The translations under genes and the position numbers were made by a program. DNA of 64,000 nt from an uncultured Bacteroidota bacterium. GTDB lineage: Bacteria; Bacteroidota; Bacteroidia; Bacteroidales; SZUA-534. A model generated the notes under the pieces. It was not told the origin of the DNA, made no database searches, and saw only the letters and a list, made by a program, of their open reading frames with translations. The stretch is taken from NCBI GenBank assembly GCA_946414435.1, contig CAMKOM010000011.1, forward strand, positions 19,408-83,407. Reading direction: 5' to 3'. This document shows positions 40,890-50,700 of this stretch, in pieces. Position 1 is the first letter of the stretch. The number at the start of each line of letters is the position of its first letter.

Positions 40890-40960
40890 CGTAGAAACGC
40901 GGCGCGCCACGTTTGTGCAGGCGGCGGAGGTTGGGCATTGGTGAGTGGAGAAAATTCCGT
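40890..40960. repeat. REP-like GTAG element plus flank, degenerate copy 2
   Basis: CGTAGAAACGCGGCGCGCCACGTTTGTGCAGGCGGCG...GGGCATTGGTG, a direct repeat of 40020-40092. Confidence 0.7.
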
Positions 40961-40976
40961 TTTCCCGATACCCTGT

Positions 40977-41013
40977 AAAAAAAGAAACCCGAATTTCTTC
41001 GAGTTTCTTTGTT
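40977..41013 (-). terminator. Terminator downstream of tRNA-Lys
   Basis: Minus strand AAAGAAACTCGAA-loop-TTCGGGTTTCTTTTTTT. Confidence 0.7.
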
Positions 41014-41014
41014 G

Positions 41015-41087
41015 TGACCCGCCAGGGGATCGAACCCTGGACCCACAGATTAAGAGTCTGTTGCTCTACCAGCTGAGCTAGCGAGTC
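41015..41087 (-). tRNA. tRNA-Lys (CTT)
   Basis: GACTCGCTAGCTCAGCTGGTAGAGCA-ACAGA-CTCTTAA-TCTGT-GGGTCCAGGGTTCGATCCCCTGGCGGGTCA; TACCTTTG -7 element at 41095-41102; CCA not encoded. Confidence 0.96.
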
Positions 41088-41326
41088 AGCGGTGCAAAGG
41101 TAGAAAAAACTTAAAATGGCAATAACCTACAGAGTTTTTTTTTGAATAAAAATGGCGACGTGTGTAAGTGATTTAAAAACAGGTTGTTGGTGATGGCGCG
41201 TTTTGCTTTGATGAATTAATATCTATATCCTATAGTTCGATATGAACGAATAAACAATACTTGATAAAATAAAAAAACTCGCAATCATCTTGCGAGCTTC
41301 TTTACATCAGTGTTCAAGAAATTTTT

Positions 41327-41752
41327 TCACTCATCGTATCCGTCACGGAATTTTCCGCCTTTTTCTTGCTCAAAATCATCATCTTCGGCTTCATCGCTGT
41401 AACTGATGTGGATTGCTGTCCATTTGTCGTTGAGCGGAACTTTTGCTACACCCGATAAGTCGTATTCACTCAGCAAGTTAAATACTGTTTTTTCATTTAG
41501 GTCTGTTCCTGATTTGGGGTAGCAAAACCAAAGTTTGCCATCGGTTTCAATGGCATTCATTGCCTCGTTTAGCAGATTTTCGGCATCGTTGCGGTTTTCG
41601 GCAAAGATTTGTACATAGCTATAGTAGTCTTCTACTTCTGTGTGCACATCAATGCCTTCACTTTTAACCAATTGCAGAAATTCTTTGGGGGAATTAAGAA
41701 TCAAAACGGTCTTACCGCCGGTAAGACTTAGTTTTTTCAAGATAGGGTTCAT
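41327..41752 (-). CDS. Hypothetical protein, DUF3052-like
   Basis: I.KKL...L.LN.P, GKLWFCYPK, DKWTA pattern; acidic tail; terminator at ~41271-41303. Confidence 0.55.
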   Translation of the reverse strand: MNPILKKLSLTGGKTVLILNSPKEFLQLVKSEGIDVHTEVEDYYSYVQIFAENRNDAENLLNEAMNAIETDGKLWFCYPKSGTDLNEKTVFNLLSEYDLSGVAKVPLNDKWTAIHISYSDEAEDDDFEQEKGGKFRDGYDE

Positions 41753-41892
41753 TTATTCCATCAATAAATAAGAATTAACGATTCAAAGTAAATGAAAGTT
41801 TTATTCGTTTTGCATAGAGCGTGAAAAAAAATATACAGTCCGCATTGTTGTTTGAAATGAAGAATTTTTGAAAGCCTATGGCATTGGTGAGA

Positions 41893-44031
41893 TCAGTAAA
41901 TGATTTCCATTTCATCAATCAAGTGGCTGGCGCCAGCGTATTTGTCGATGAAAAACAGAACAAAGCGGATGTCGAGACTGATGTTGCGGCAGATGTCGGC
42001 ATCAAACTGTAGGTCACTCATTGTGCCTTCCCATACGCGGTCGAAATTCAGGCCGATGAGGTTGCCATCAGTATCGAAAACGGGGCTGCCAGAGTTACCA
42101 CCTGTGGTGTGGCATGTGCTAAGGAAACAGACGGTTAGTGATGAGTCGGCATTGCTGTACGGGCCAAAATTGCGGTCTGCATAAAGTTTTATCAGATGGT
42201 CGGGGGCGGTGTAGTCGTATACGTCCATATGGCATTTTTCAATTATACCGCCAAGTGTGGTAAAAGGAGCATAACTGATTGCGTCGGTAGGGTGATAGCC
42301 TTTTATCTGCCCATAGGCTATGCGGAAGGTTGAATTGGCATCGGGAAAAAGTTGGCTGCTGGCGAAGCACTCACGCTGCAATTGCATAAAAAGCCGCTGA
42401 TGCTGGTTGTTCTTGCGTTGAATCTGTGAAATCTGCTTGCTTATTTTGTCGTGATAGATGTCGTCGGTTTCGCTGGCAAGCTTGTAGAGAGGGTCTTTGA
42501 GCAATTTTTTTTCGTTTATGACGGAGTGTTTCTCGAAGAAGGCGATGGCCATAGCAGGGTTGGTGAACATTGAATTGCGGCAGGCATGCGCAAAAGATGT
42601 GACTCCGTTTCCTTTTTTAAGTGTGGCAGGTACATGTTCTGGCAAAGCGTTGGCCATATATTCGTTGATCAACATCTTTGAGACCGATATGTCTGTTTCC
42701 GGGTCATAATCGGTATAAAAATCATTCAGATAATTTATAATTCGTGTGCGACGCAGGCTGTCTTCCATTTTGTCGTTGATAAGCGTTCTTATTTTGCGGC
42801 AAACTGTGATAGCTTCCGATTTGTAGAGTGTTTCGCTCATAAGCAGCCAAGCCTGATTCTGATTCACATATTCAATATAGTCGGCTTCATAATCGTCCAA
42901 CAGATTGCTGTACAATTTTTTCCGCTCATCCGATTCTTCAATCCACGTAGTCATCAGCCGTTCGCGCTCGCGTTTTTTGGACACAACGTGCTTTTTTGCA
43001 AGTCCGCGCCGTTCGCCGTCGAGTTTTTTCCATGCGTTGGCAAGACTGGCTACTTTGCTGGTGTATTTTATCATCACCGACTGGTCAGAACGCATACGCT
43101 CTTTTATTATATCGATGGATTTGCTGCGAATGCCAACCACAAGCGGGTCGAAGGTGTTTTGTGTGGCTTCTACGGCAAACGATGGCAAGTACTCATTTGT
43201 GGTTCCAGGGTAACCCATCAGCATCACAAAATCGTCTTCTTGTTTTTGTTTCGCGTTTATTTTCAAATGGTTGCTTGCTTGATATGGAATATTGTCGGCA
43301 GAGTAGGGTGCAGGGCGATTTAAACTATCGGCATAGATGCGAAAAATGGTGAAATCACCTGTGTGACGTGGCCATACCCAGTTGTCGGTATCACCGCCAA
43401 ATTTTCCAATTGAAATTGGGGGCGTTCCAACTAATCGGATGTCTTCAAAAATCTCGTATACAGATAGATAATACTCATTGCCGCAATAGAAGGCGTCAAC
43501 GTGAGCTTTTAGAGTTGAGTTAGCCGAAGCTGTTTGTTCAATGTTTGTTATGTTCTTGGTTATCAGGTTGCTACGTAAGGAGCTCGTCATAGTGTCGTTT
43601 ACCCCATCAAGCACTTGTGCGGTAACATCTTCCATACGGCGTAAAAAACAGACTCCTATATTATTACCGCCTAGTTCGTCTGCTTGATTCATCGCCCAAA
43701 ATCCGTTGGTAATATAGTCGTTCTGCAACGAGCTGTGCTGCTGCACCACATTGAGCCCGCAATGGTGGTTGGTAATGACTAGGCCATGCGCCGAAATGAC
43801 TGAACCTGAGCAGAAATGATGGAATGGCATGTCAAGGTCGACAAAGCCTACAACCGCACTGCTTAGACATGACTGATTGATGTTGTATATGTCATCGGCT
43901 GTAAGGTGTAGCCCCATTTCAGTCATCTCGCCAATGTTATTCTCAAGCAAAAAAGGCAACCACATTCCTTCATTGGCGCGAACCGACAATGCTGCAAAAA
44001 TGCCTAATAATGTTACAGTCTGGCGTCTCAT
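41893..44031 (-). CDS. dpp11: S46 family dipeptidyl peptidase, Dpp11-type (Asp/Glu-specific)
   Basis: EGMWLP, TNHHC, GKFGGDTDNW.WPRHTGDF, TTGGNSGSPV; GLNFDR with Arg at the S1 position; start set at MRRQ. Confidence 0.85.
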   Translation of the reverse strand: MRRQTVTLLGIFAALSVRANEGMWLPFLLENNIGEMTEMGLHLTADDIYNINQSCLSSAVVGFVDLDMPFHHFCSGSVISAHGLVITNHHCGLNVVQQHSSLQNDYITNGFWAMNQADELGGNNIGVCFLRRMEDVTAQVLDGVNDTMTSSLRSNLITKNITNIEQTASANSTLKAHVDAFYCGNEYYLSVYEIFEDIRLVGTPPISIGKFGGDTDNWVWPRHTGDFTIFRIYADSLNRPAPYSADNIPYQASNHLKINAKQKQEDDFVMLMGYPGTTNEYLPSFAVEATQNTFDPLVVGIRSKSIDIIKERMRSDQSVMIKYTSKVASLANAWKKLDGERRGLAKKHVVSKKRERERLMTTWIEESDERKKLYSNLLDDYEADYIEYVNQNQAWLLMSETLYKSEAITVCRKIRTLINDKMEDSLRRTRIINYLNDFYTDYDPETDISVSKMLINEYMANALPEHVPATLKKGNGVTSFAHACRNSMFTNPAMAIAFFEKHSVINEKKLLKDPLYKLASETDDIYHDKISKQISQIQRKNNQHQRLFMQLQRECFASSQLFPDANSTFRIAYGQIKGYHPTDAISYAPFTTLGGIIEKCHMDVYDYTAPDHLIKLYADRNFGPYSNADSSLTVCFLSTCHTTGGNSGSPVFDTDGNLIGLNFDRVWEGTMSDLQFDADICRNISLDIRFVLFFIDKYAGASHLIDEMEIIY

Positions 44032-44232
44032 AAAATTGAATTTTTGATTTGGAAAAATAGTAAAATTTGTCGACTGCCCACGATTCTCTGGCAGTTTCAT
44101 GGAAAAAGAATTGTGTGTTTCAAATCGGAATTAAATAGTGGAATGAATCGGGAGGTTGTGAATTGGTAATTTGTAAATGTTGGTGTGCGGTAAAGATTCA
44201 GTTTCCCGTGCATCTATTGTGTTTAGTATGGA

Positions 44233-45186
44233 TTATATCCCATTCACCACATTCACCGGCCTCCCTTCAACGAAAGCCTTAAGATTGCCAACCGCAATGC
44301 ACATCAGGCGTTGGCGGGCTTCGAAGGTGGCCCACGCAATGTGCGGCGTGATTTGGCAGTTGCGGGCGGTGAGCAGCGGATTGTCGGCAGCGGGCGGCTC
44401 GGTGGATAGCACATCGACAGCTGCAGCGGCAATGCGACCACGGTTAAGAGCGTCGGCAAGGGCCTGCTCATCGACAAGCGGGCCGCGGCCTGTGTTTATC
44501 AGTATTGCCGATGACTTCATCCGCGCAAGCACGGCGGCGTTTATCAGGTGGCAGGTGTTGTCGGAAAGCGGACAATGCAGGCTCACAATATCGCTTTGCG
44601 CCCACAAATCGCTGTACGACACACTTTTAATGCCGTCGGGCAGGCTTTGTTTGCTTGTCACGGCAATCACCTTCATTCCGAAAGCCAAAGCAATGCGCGC
44701 CGTGGCCATTCCCGTGTTGCCGAGCCCCACAAGGCCAATGGTTTTGCCTGCGAGTTCAACCTGCGGGCGGTCCCAAAAGCAGAAATCGACGCTGCCCGAC
44801 CAGGCGCCGCCACGCACAAGTTGCGAGTGGTGCTCGACCGAGTTGGTAATGTTAAGTATGTGAGCGAAAACCATTTGCGCCACCGATGCGGTGCTGTAGG
44901 CGGGAATGTTGGTAACCACAATTCCGCGGCTTGCGGCATACTGCAAATCGACAACGTTGTAGCCCGTGGCCAACACACCAATATATTTAAGATTAGGCAT
45001 TTGCGACATATTCTCGGCCGTCAGCACCGTTTTGTTGGTGAGCAGCGCGTCGGCATCTTTCGAGCGCTCAACGGTGAGAGCGGCGGGTGTGCGGTCGTAA
45101 ACCGTTATCGGGCCAATCGGCTCAAAAACAGACCAATCAAGGTCGCCGGGGTTCAGGCAATAGCCGTCGAGAACAACTGTTTTCAT
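44233..45186 (-). CDS. D-2-hydroxyacid dehydrogenase (glycerate dehydrogenase-like)
   Basis: LDGYCLNPGD, GLGNTG, SLHCPL, INTGRG, TPHIAWA. Confidence 0.9.
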   Translation of the reverse strand: MKTVVLDGYCLNPGDLDWSVFEPIGPITVYDRTPAALTVERSKDADALLTNKTVLTAENMSQMPNLKYIGVLATGYNVVDLQYAASRGIVVTNIPAYSTASVAQMVFAHILNITNSVEHHSQLVRGGAWSGSVDFCFWDRPQVELAGKTIGLVGLGNTGMATARIALAFGMKVIAVTSKQSLPDGIKSVSYSDLWAQSDIVSLHCPLSDNTCHLINAAVLARMKSSAILINTGRGPLVDEQALADALNRGRIAAAAVDVLSTEPPAADNPLLTARNCQITPHIAWATFEARQRLMCIAVGNLKAFVEGRPVNVVNGI

Positions 45187-45290
45187 TTTTCAGCAATTTG
45201 AATTCAAATATGGCGATTTTCGGCTCACCGCACACAACGAATGGCGATAATTGATTGAAATCGCTTATTTTTGGGCAAACAATCTACACA

Positions 45291-46112
45291 ATGAAACAGT
45301 TATCGATAATTGCATTTGCAATATCAATGTTTTTCGCATCGTGTTCGAATGAATTCAGCACTTCGCCGACAGGCCTTGAATACAAAATTGTTGCCGCCAA
45401 CCCCGACGCGCCGCAACCAGCCGTAGGCGACATTGTGGCCATCCGCCTGACGTGCCGCAACCAGCAAGGGCAGACGATTGACGAAACTCCGCTTTTCAAA
45501 ATGCAACTGAAGGCGGCACCGGCCGGGCAACCGTCGGTTGAAGAAGGCCTGCTAATGCTGCACAAGGGCGACAGCGCCGACTTCCGCCTACAGGCGCGGT
45601 TCTACGGCGGCAGCCAGGCGCCGGCCAACGACAGTCTGCTGACGGTTTCGGTTAAAATGGTCGACGTGATTAGCCGCGAAGAGTTTGAGCGCGACCGCGA
45701 AGCCGCACGCATAGCCGGCGAGCGCGAAGAAGACCAGTTGCTCGGCGAGTATCTTCAGAAAAACAACATCGACACCGAGCCAACAATGAGCGGCCTTTAT
45801 TACATTGAAACTGAGAAAGGTACAGGCCCCGCACCCATTCCCGGCAAAATGGTGGCCATTCATTACGAAGCCAGTTTTCTCGACGGCCGCGTGTTCGACT
45901 CATCGTACAGCCGTCGTGAGCCGCTGAAGTTCAAACTTGGCGCCCGAGATGTGATTCAAGGGCTAGAAGAAGGCGTGGCTCGTATGCACCGTGGCGGGCG
46001 CGCAACACTGATAATCCCATCGCCTTTGGCCTACGGTGACCAACAGGTTGGTCCCGTGCCGCCGTTTGCTACACTTATTTTTGAAGTATGGTTGGTGGGG
46101 ACAGAAGAGTAA
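45291..46112 (+). CDS. FKBP-type peptidyl-prolyl isomerase, lipoprotein
   Basis: Lipobox FASC; HYE...DG.VFDSS, VIQGLEEG, PSPLAYG. Confidence 0.88.
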   Translation: MKQLSIIAFAISMFFASCSNEFSTSPTGLEYKIVAANPDAPQPAVGDIVAIRLTCRNQQGQTIDETPLFKMQLKAAPAGQPSVEEGLLMLHKGDSADFRLQARFYGGSQAPANDSLLTVSVKMVDVISREEFERDREAARIAGEREEDQLLGEYLQKNNIDTEPTMSGLYYIETEKGTGPAPIPGKMVAIHYEASFLDGRVFDSSYSRREPLKFKLGARDVIQGLEEGVARMHRGGRATLIIPSPLAYGDQQVGPVPPFATLIFEVWLVGTEE

Positions 46113-46130
46113 AATTGTTTCTAACCAGAA

Positions 46131-46166
46131 TAAAAAAAAGGCGGAAAACTTCCGCCTTTTTTTATT
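46131..46166. terminator. Bidirectional intrinsic terminator
   Basis: AAAAAAAAGGCGGAA-AAC-TTCCGCCTTTTTTT between convergent genes. Confidence 0.85.
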
Positions 46167-46180
46167 CTTAATACTAAATC

Positions 46181-48154
46181 TTACAACTGTATCGTCCACA
46201 TTACGAACGAGTAAGGCAAGATTTTCTCTGCAAATTTGCCCTTGATGCTGACATTTTCCTTCATCGGCACAACCGGCTGACGATTGTAGTTGTTCTCGTC
46301 GTCGGGATTGCCAGAGAGAGTTGTTTTCACTGCGTTAGGCTTAACCTTGAAGCGGCTAAGGTCGATGTTGGCTTGAGCAGCCGAAGAACTTGCATTGCAG
46401 ACCTTCACAAACAGTTTCTTTGTTTTGCTGTCGTAGATGACTGACTGACCGAGCAAATTGTCGTCAGCGCGGTCGAACTTCACGCAATCACCATAATAGT
46501 AATCGCCGCTCGACTGACCAAACAATTGTTGAACGTAGTAACTGCAAGTGAGATAAGGCTTTTCGTTGTCGAAATAAATCAAATCAGGGTTCCAGTTTGT
46601 GGCGCCTTTGCGGGCGAAAAGCGGTGCGTACGAAGTCATTACAACCACATCGCCATTGCGTTCAACATGAAGCAGATACAAGCCTTCTGCCAAAGCATCA
46701 ATCAGTTTCTTGTCCTTTGCGGCGTACTCACCAAGATAAACTTTAGTCTTGCGGTCGCGCGGATAATTGTCGTATTGGCGTTTGTTCAAGAAATAGTCGC
46801 GCGGCTCATAGTAATGCTCATCGATGATTGGCAGGCCGACTTCTTCGGCAATGCGCCAGCCATTCTGATAGTCGGGATTGTCGGGATGCGAACCGGGTCC
46901 TGCTGTTCCAACAATCACAATATCAGGATATTTTGCCTTAATCTTGTTATACATATATTTAAAGCGCTCTTCGAACTCGGGCGAAATCTTCTCTTCGTTG
47001 CCCAAGCCTAAATACTTAAGACCGAACGGTTTCGGATGGCCGGCATCAGCACGGACTTTGCCCCATTTTGTGCTAGCGTCGCCGTTGGCCCACTCAATCA
47101 GGTCGAGAGCGTCCTGTGTCCACTGTTCCATATCTTCCATCGGGCAAGCGTCCTGAGCCTGAGTGGGATACATATTCCAACCGCCGTTTGAGCCTTGGCA
47201 GTTCACGCCGCAAGGCAGAATCGGAACCGGCTGCATTCCTAGATCTTCGCAGAATTGGAAATACTCATAGTAGCCGATGGTGAGCGATTGATGGTAGCCC
47301 CAGGTGTTCTTCTGCGCCTTGCGCTGCTCGCGCGGACCAACAGTGTTTTTCCACATATAGGTGTTCCAGAAGCCGTCGCCACCGCCGTGCACTACGCATC
47401 CGCCAGGAAAGCGCATGAACTTCGGATTCAAGTCGGCCAAAGCCTGTGCCAAATCCTTGCGCATTCCATGACCTTTGTAGGTGTCCTGCGGCATCAGCGA
47501 AATCATGTCAACATCGATATCACCCACTGTGAGCGCCAAAATCTGCAGGCAGGCGCTGTCGCAGGCCTGTTTCGATGTGAGCGTGTACTCATATTTTTTC
47601 CAATCCTTGCCCGATACCTTGAAAGTGGTGTCGAGAATAATGGTTGGTTGGCTGCGCCAGCCGCGTCCGGGCTGTACAACTGCCACGCGCACATCCTTGT
47701 CAACACCGTCGGGGTTGCGCATGAAGGCAGAAAAATCGTACTTGGCATCTGCCGCAATACGCATTCCGTCGAAGCCGTCGTTTTGCAAACCGGTACCCGT
47801 CCAGCCATTGAAATCGCGGAAGTGTCCAACGCGCTCAACATGAATACGCATATAGTTAGGGTTGTTCTCGTTGAGTGGTTCAATTTGGCGTGCTTCGGGA
47901 TATCCGAGCGAGTGTCCGGGGCGGATAGCCTTCCACATTGTGCCGGGTCCCCAGCCGTCGCGTTCCGACGGATTGTACTCAAATGAGCCGTTCTGAACCA
48001 GCTCGGCGCTCAATCCGCCATCAGCCGACGAACTGATGTCTTCAAAGAAAATACCAATCAGCTCATTGCTGATTTTTTTGCCACCTGCAGGTTGAGCCAT
48101 CAATCCAACGGCCGAGCAAGCAAGAATTGTCAATGAAAAGAGTTTTTTTACCAT
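46181..48154 (-). CDS. GH51 alpha-L-arabinofuranosidase (long type with CBM4/9-like insert)
   Basis: GIFFEDI..SADGGL.AELV.NGSFE, FMRFPGGC, GLGNEE, DEHYY, YLGEYA, SYAPLF. Confidence 0.9.
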   Translation of the reverse strand: MVKKLFSLTILACSAVGLMAQPAGGKKISNELIGIFFEDISSSADGGLSAELVQNGSFEYNPSERDGWGPGTMWKAIRPGHSLGYPEARQIEPLNENNPNYMRIHVERVGHFRDFNGWTGTGLQNDGFDGMRIAADAKYDFSAFMRNPDGVDKDVRVAVVQPGRGWRSQPTIILDTTFKVSGKDWKKYEYTLTSKQACDSACLQILALTVGDIDVDMISLMPQDTYKGHGMRKDLAQALADLNPKFMRFPGGCVVHGGGDGFWNTYMWKNTVGPREQRKAQKNTWGYHQSLTIGYYEYFQFCEDLGMQPVPILPCGVNCQGSNGGWNMYPTQAQDACPMEDMEQWTQDALDLIEWANGDASTKWGKVRADAGHPKPFGLKYLGLGNEEKISPEFEERFKYMYNKIKAKYPDIVIVGTAGPGSHPDNPDYQNGWRIAEEVGLPIIDEHYYEPRDYFLNKRQYDNYPRDRKTKVYLGEYAAKDKKLIDALAEGLYLLHVERNGDVVVMTSYAPLFARKGATNWNPDLIYFDNEKPYLTCSYYVQQLFGQSSGDYYYGDCVKFDRADDNLLGQSVIYDSKTKKLFVKVCNASSSAAQANIDLSRFKVKPNAVKTTLSGNPDDENNYNRQPVVPMKENVSIKGKFAEKILPYSFVMWTIQL

Positions 48155-48280
48155 TTTTTAAGTAGTTCTTTAGTGATTATCAAAATTAAAGGTGCAATTT
48201 ACATTTATTTTGATTTCTGCAAAAGCAAAAACATTGTTTTTTGCCCCGAATTTTATCATCGTTTATATTAACCGATTGAT

Positions 48281-48288
48281 TATATTTG
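48281..48288 (+). promoter_or_regulatory. -7 promoter element of the bamD operon
   Basis: TATATTTG(CA) matches TAnnTTTG. Confidence 0.55.
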
Positions 48289-48356
48289 CAGCCCCAAGTG
48301 AATTTCGGTCAATAAACTGAAAATTTTCACGTTATAATGGCGTTTTTAGTGTGGTT

Positions 48357-49157
48357 ATGAGCAAAAAGGCTTTATCGTTTTTAATGGGTTTGATGGTGGC
48401 AGTGCTGTTCTCGAATTGTAGTGAATACTACAAGATTCAGAAGAGTAACGACTACAATATGAAATACGAGAAGGCCAAAGCTTACTACGAATATGAGGAC
48501 TACTACCATGCCAAAGCATTGTTGGACGAGGTTGTGAGCGTTTTCCGGGGAAGCGACAAAGCTGAAGAAGTGCAAATGCTCTATGCCAACTGTCACTACA
48601 AGATGCACGATTATACGATGGCCGCATATTATTTCGAGTCGTTCTATAAGACATATCCGTTCTCGGAAAAATCGGAAGAAGCCTATTTTATGTGTGCCCA
48701 TTGCTATTATAAGGATTCGCCACGTGTTGATTTGGACCAAGCTTGCACGCAAAAAGCTATCAACGCCATGCAAACCTATTTGAACAAATATCCGCAAGGT
48801 GTGCATATCAATGAAGCAGATGCCGTGATTAAAGAGATGCGTGCGAAACTTGAACAGAAATCGTTTCTTACAGCAAAATTGTATTTTAAACTTGGTGAGT
48901 ATCAGTCGGCTACCATATCTTTGAAGAATTGCTTAAAGGAATACCCCGACACAAGATACCGTGAAGAGCTGATGTATTTAATTGTAAAATCAAACTTCAT
49001 GCTGGCAGAAAACAGCGTTGAGAGCAAACGCGCCGAACGGTATCAGAACACAGTAACCGAATATTATTCGTTTGTTGACGAATATCCTGAATCACAATAT
49101 GTTTCGGAAATAGAATCAATGTATAAACAGTCAGTTGACAAGATTAAAAATTTATAA
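48357..49157 (+). CDS. bamD: Outer membrane protein assembly factor BamD
   Basis: Lipobox FSNC, TPR-like helices, SPR.DLDQ..T..AI; bamD-rpoZ-coaBC synteny. Confidence 0.9.
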   Translation: MSKKALSFLMGLMVAVLFSNCSEYYKIQKSNDYNMKYEKAKAYYEYEDYYHAKALLDEVVSVFRGSDKAEEVQMLYANCHYKMHDYTMAAYYFESFYKTYPFSEKSEEAYFMCAHCYYKDSPRVDLDQACTQKAINAMQTYLNKYPQGVHINEADAVIKEMRAKLEQKSFLTAKLYFKLGEYQSATISLKNCLKEYPDTRYREELMYLIVKSNFMLAENSVESKRAERYQNTVTEYYSFVDEYPESQYVSEIESMYKQSVDKIKNL

Positions 49158-49159
49158 AA

Positions 49160-49486
49160 ATGGATTTCAAAAAAACAACCGCCCCTGTAACCACCATTAC
49201 ACGCGACGTTAGACCAATCGAAAACGAGACAGGAAACATTTATGAGAGCATTGTAGTTCTGTCGCGCCGTGCAAATCAAATCTCGGTCGAGATTAAAGAA
49301 GAATTGCAGAAGAAACTTGAAGAGTTTGCATCGTACACCGACAATCTTGAAGAAGTTTTCGAGAACCGCGAGCAAATTGAGATTTCGAAGTTCTATGAAG
49401 CTCTTCCAAAACCGACTTCGATTGCCATCGATGAGTTTGTAAACGATAAAGTTTACTGGCGCAAACCTGAGAAGGAACTCGAATAG
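49160..49486 (+). CDS. rpoZ: RNA polymerase omega subunit (Bacteroidota type)
   Basis: TGNIYESIV..S.RANQI, EVFENREQIEIS.FYE.LPKP. Confidence 0.88.
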   Translation: MDFKKTTAPVTTITRDVRPIENETGNIYESIVVLSRRANQISVEIKEELQKKLEEFASYTDNLEEVFENREQIEISKFYEALPKPTSIAIDEFVNDKVYWRKPEKELE

Positions 49487-50700
49487 TGTCGCTCGGAGGC
49501 AAAAACATATTACTCGGCGTGACGGGTGGAATCGCGGCCTACAAGGCGGCGAATCTTACCCGTTTGCTTGTGAAAGAGGGTGCCAGTGTAAAGGTGGTGA
49601 TGACGCCTGCCGCAAAGCAGTTTGTTACGCCACTCACTTTTGCCACGCTTTCGCAAAACCCCGTCTTAACAGAATTCTTCAACCCCGAAAACGGCGAATG
49701 GCACAGCCATGTGAAGCTTGGCGAGTGGGCTGATGCAATGATTGTGGCGCCCGCCACAGCCAACACCATCGCGAAAATGGCCAATGGCATTGCCGATAAT
49801 CTGCTCACAACAACTTATCTGTCGATGCGCGGCAAGGTGTTTGTGGCACCTGCAATGGACTTGGATATGTACGCACACCCGACAACACAGCGCAATATTA
49901 AGGCGCTGAAAGCCGATGGCAACATCATAATCGACGCCGAAAAAGGTGAGTTGGCGAGTGGCTTGAACGGCAAAGGCCGTATGGCAGAGCCGGAAACCAT
50001 TGTAAAAGTACTGGCCGACTATTTTACGACTGACAAACCGTTGCAAGGCCGCACAATCCTTGTGTCGGCAGGTCCGACATACGAGAAAATCGATCCGGTG
50101 CGATTCATTGGCAACTACTCATCGGGAAAGATGGGTTTTGCAATAGCCGAAGCGGCCGCCGAAGCTGGCGCCAGCGTGATTCTGGTGAGCGGACCGGTAA
50201 ATCGGGAAACAGCAAATCCAAACATCCGGCGCATCGATGTGGAGTCAGCGCAGCAGATGTTTGAGGCCTGCACAGCAAACTTCGCCAACTGTGACGCCGC
50301 CATAATGGCCGCCGCTGTGGCCGACTACCGCCCGGCATCCGTGGCCGGACAAAAAATCAAAAAAGGTGACGCGGCAATGACCATCACCCTTGAATCGACA
50401 CCCGACATTGCCTTGGCTCTGGGACAGGCAAAACGCCCAGGGCAGGTGCTTGTGGGTTTTGCGCTGGAAACCGAGAACGGTCTGGCCAACGCTCAAGAAA
50501 AGCTGAAACACAAGAATTTGGACTTCATTGTACTGAACAGCGCGAGCGAGGAAGGCTCTGGATTCGGGTGTGACACCAATCGCGTGACCATCATCAAAAA
50601 CGATGGCCAACAGATTGATTATAAGATGAAATACAAACACGCGGTGGCTCGCGACATTATCGGTCAGCTGCTACCGCTACTAAATAACCAACAGCGATGA
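49486..50700 (+). CDS. coaBC: Phosphopantothenoylcysteine decarboxylase/ligase
   Basis: GVTGGIAAYK, APATAN, G.GRMAEP, DPVRFIGNYSSGKMG, GFALET. Confidence 0.96.
   Translation: MSLGGKNILLGVTGGIAAYKAANLTRLLVKEGASVKVVMTPAAKQFVTPLTFATLSQNPVLTEFFNPENGEWHSHVKLGEWADAMIVAPATANTIAKMANGIADNLLTTTYLSMRGKVFVAPAMDLDMYAHPTTQRNIKALKADGNIIIDAEKGELASGLNGKGRMAEPETIVKVLADYFTTDKPLQGRTILVSAGPTYEKIDPVRFIGNYSSGKMGFAIAEAAAEAGASVILVSGPVNRETANPNIRRIDVESAQQMFEACTANFANCDAAIMAAAVADYRPASVAGQKIKKGDAAMTITLESTPDIALALGQAKRPGQVLVGFALETENGLANAQEKLKHKNLDFIVLNSASEEGSGFGCDTNRVTIIKNDGQQIDYKMKYKHAVARDIIGQLLPLLNNQQR

Noticed and set aside
18872-41014. Prophage, ICE or T6SS interpretation of the accessory region
   Set aside because: No integrase, att duplication, phage structural, tra, VgrG/Hcp/PAAR or Rhs/YD motifs seen
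40728-41081. 117-aa and 92-aa ORFs near 40.7-41.1 kb
   Set aside because: Overlap the REP-like repeat and tRNA-Lys; no coding signature
41015-41087. Missing encoded CCA on tRNA-Lys and tmRNA as pseudogenization
   Set aside because: CCA is commonly added post-transcriptionally; stems, promoters and terminators are intact
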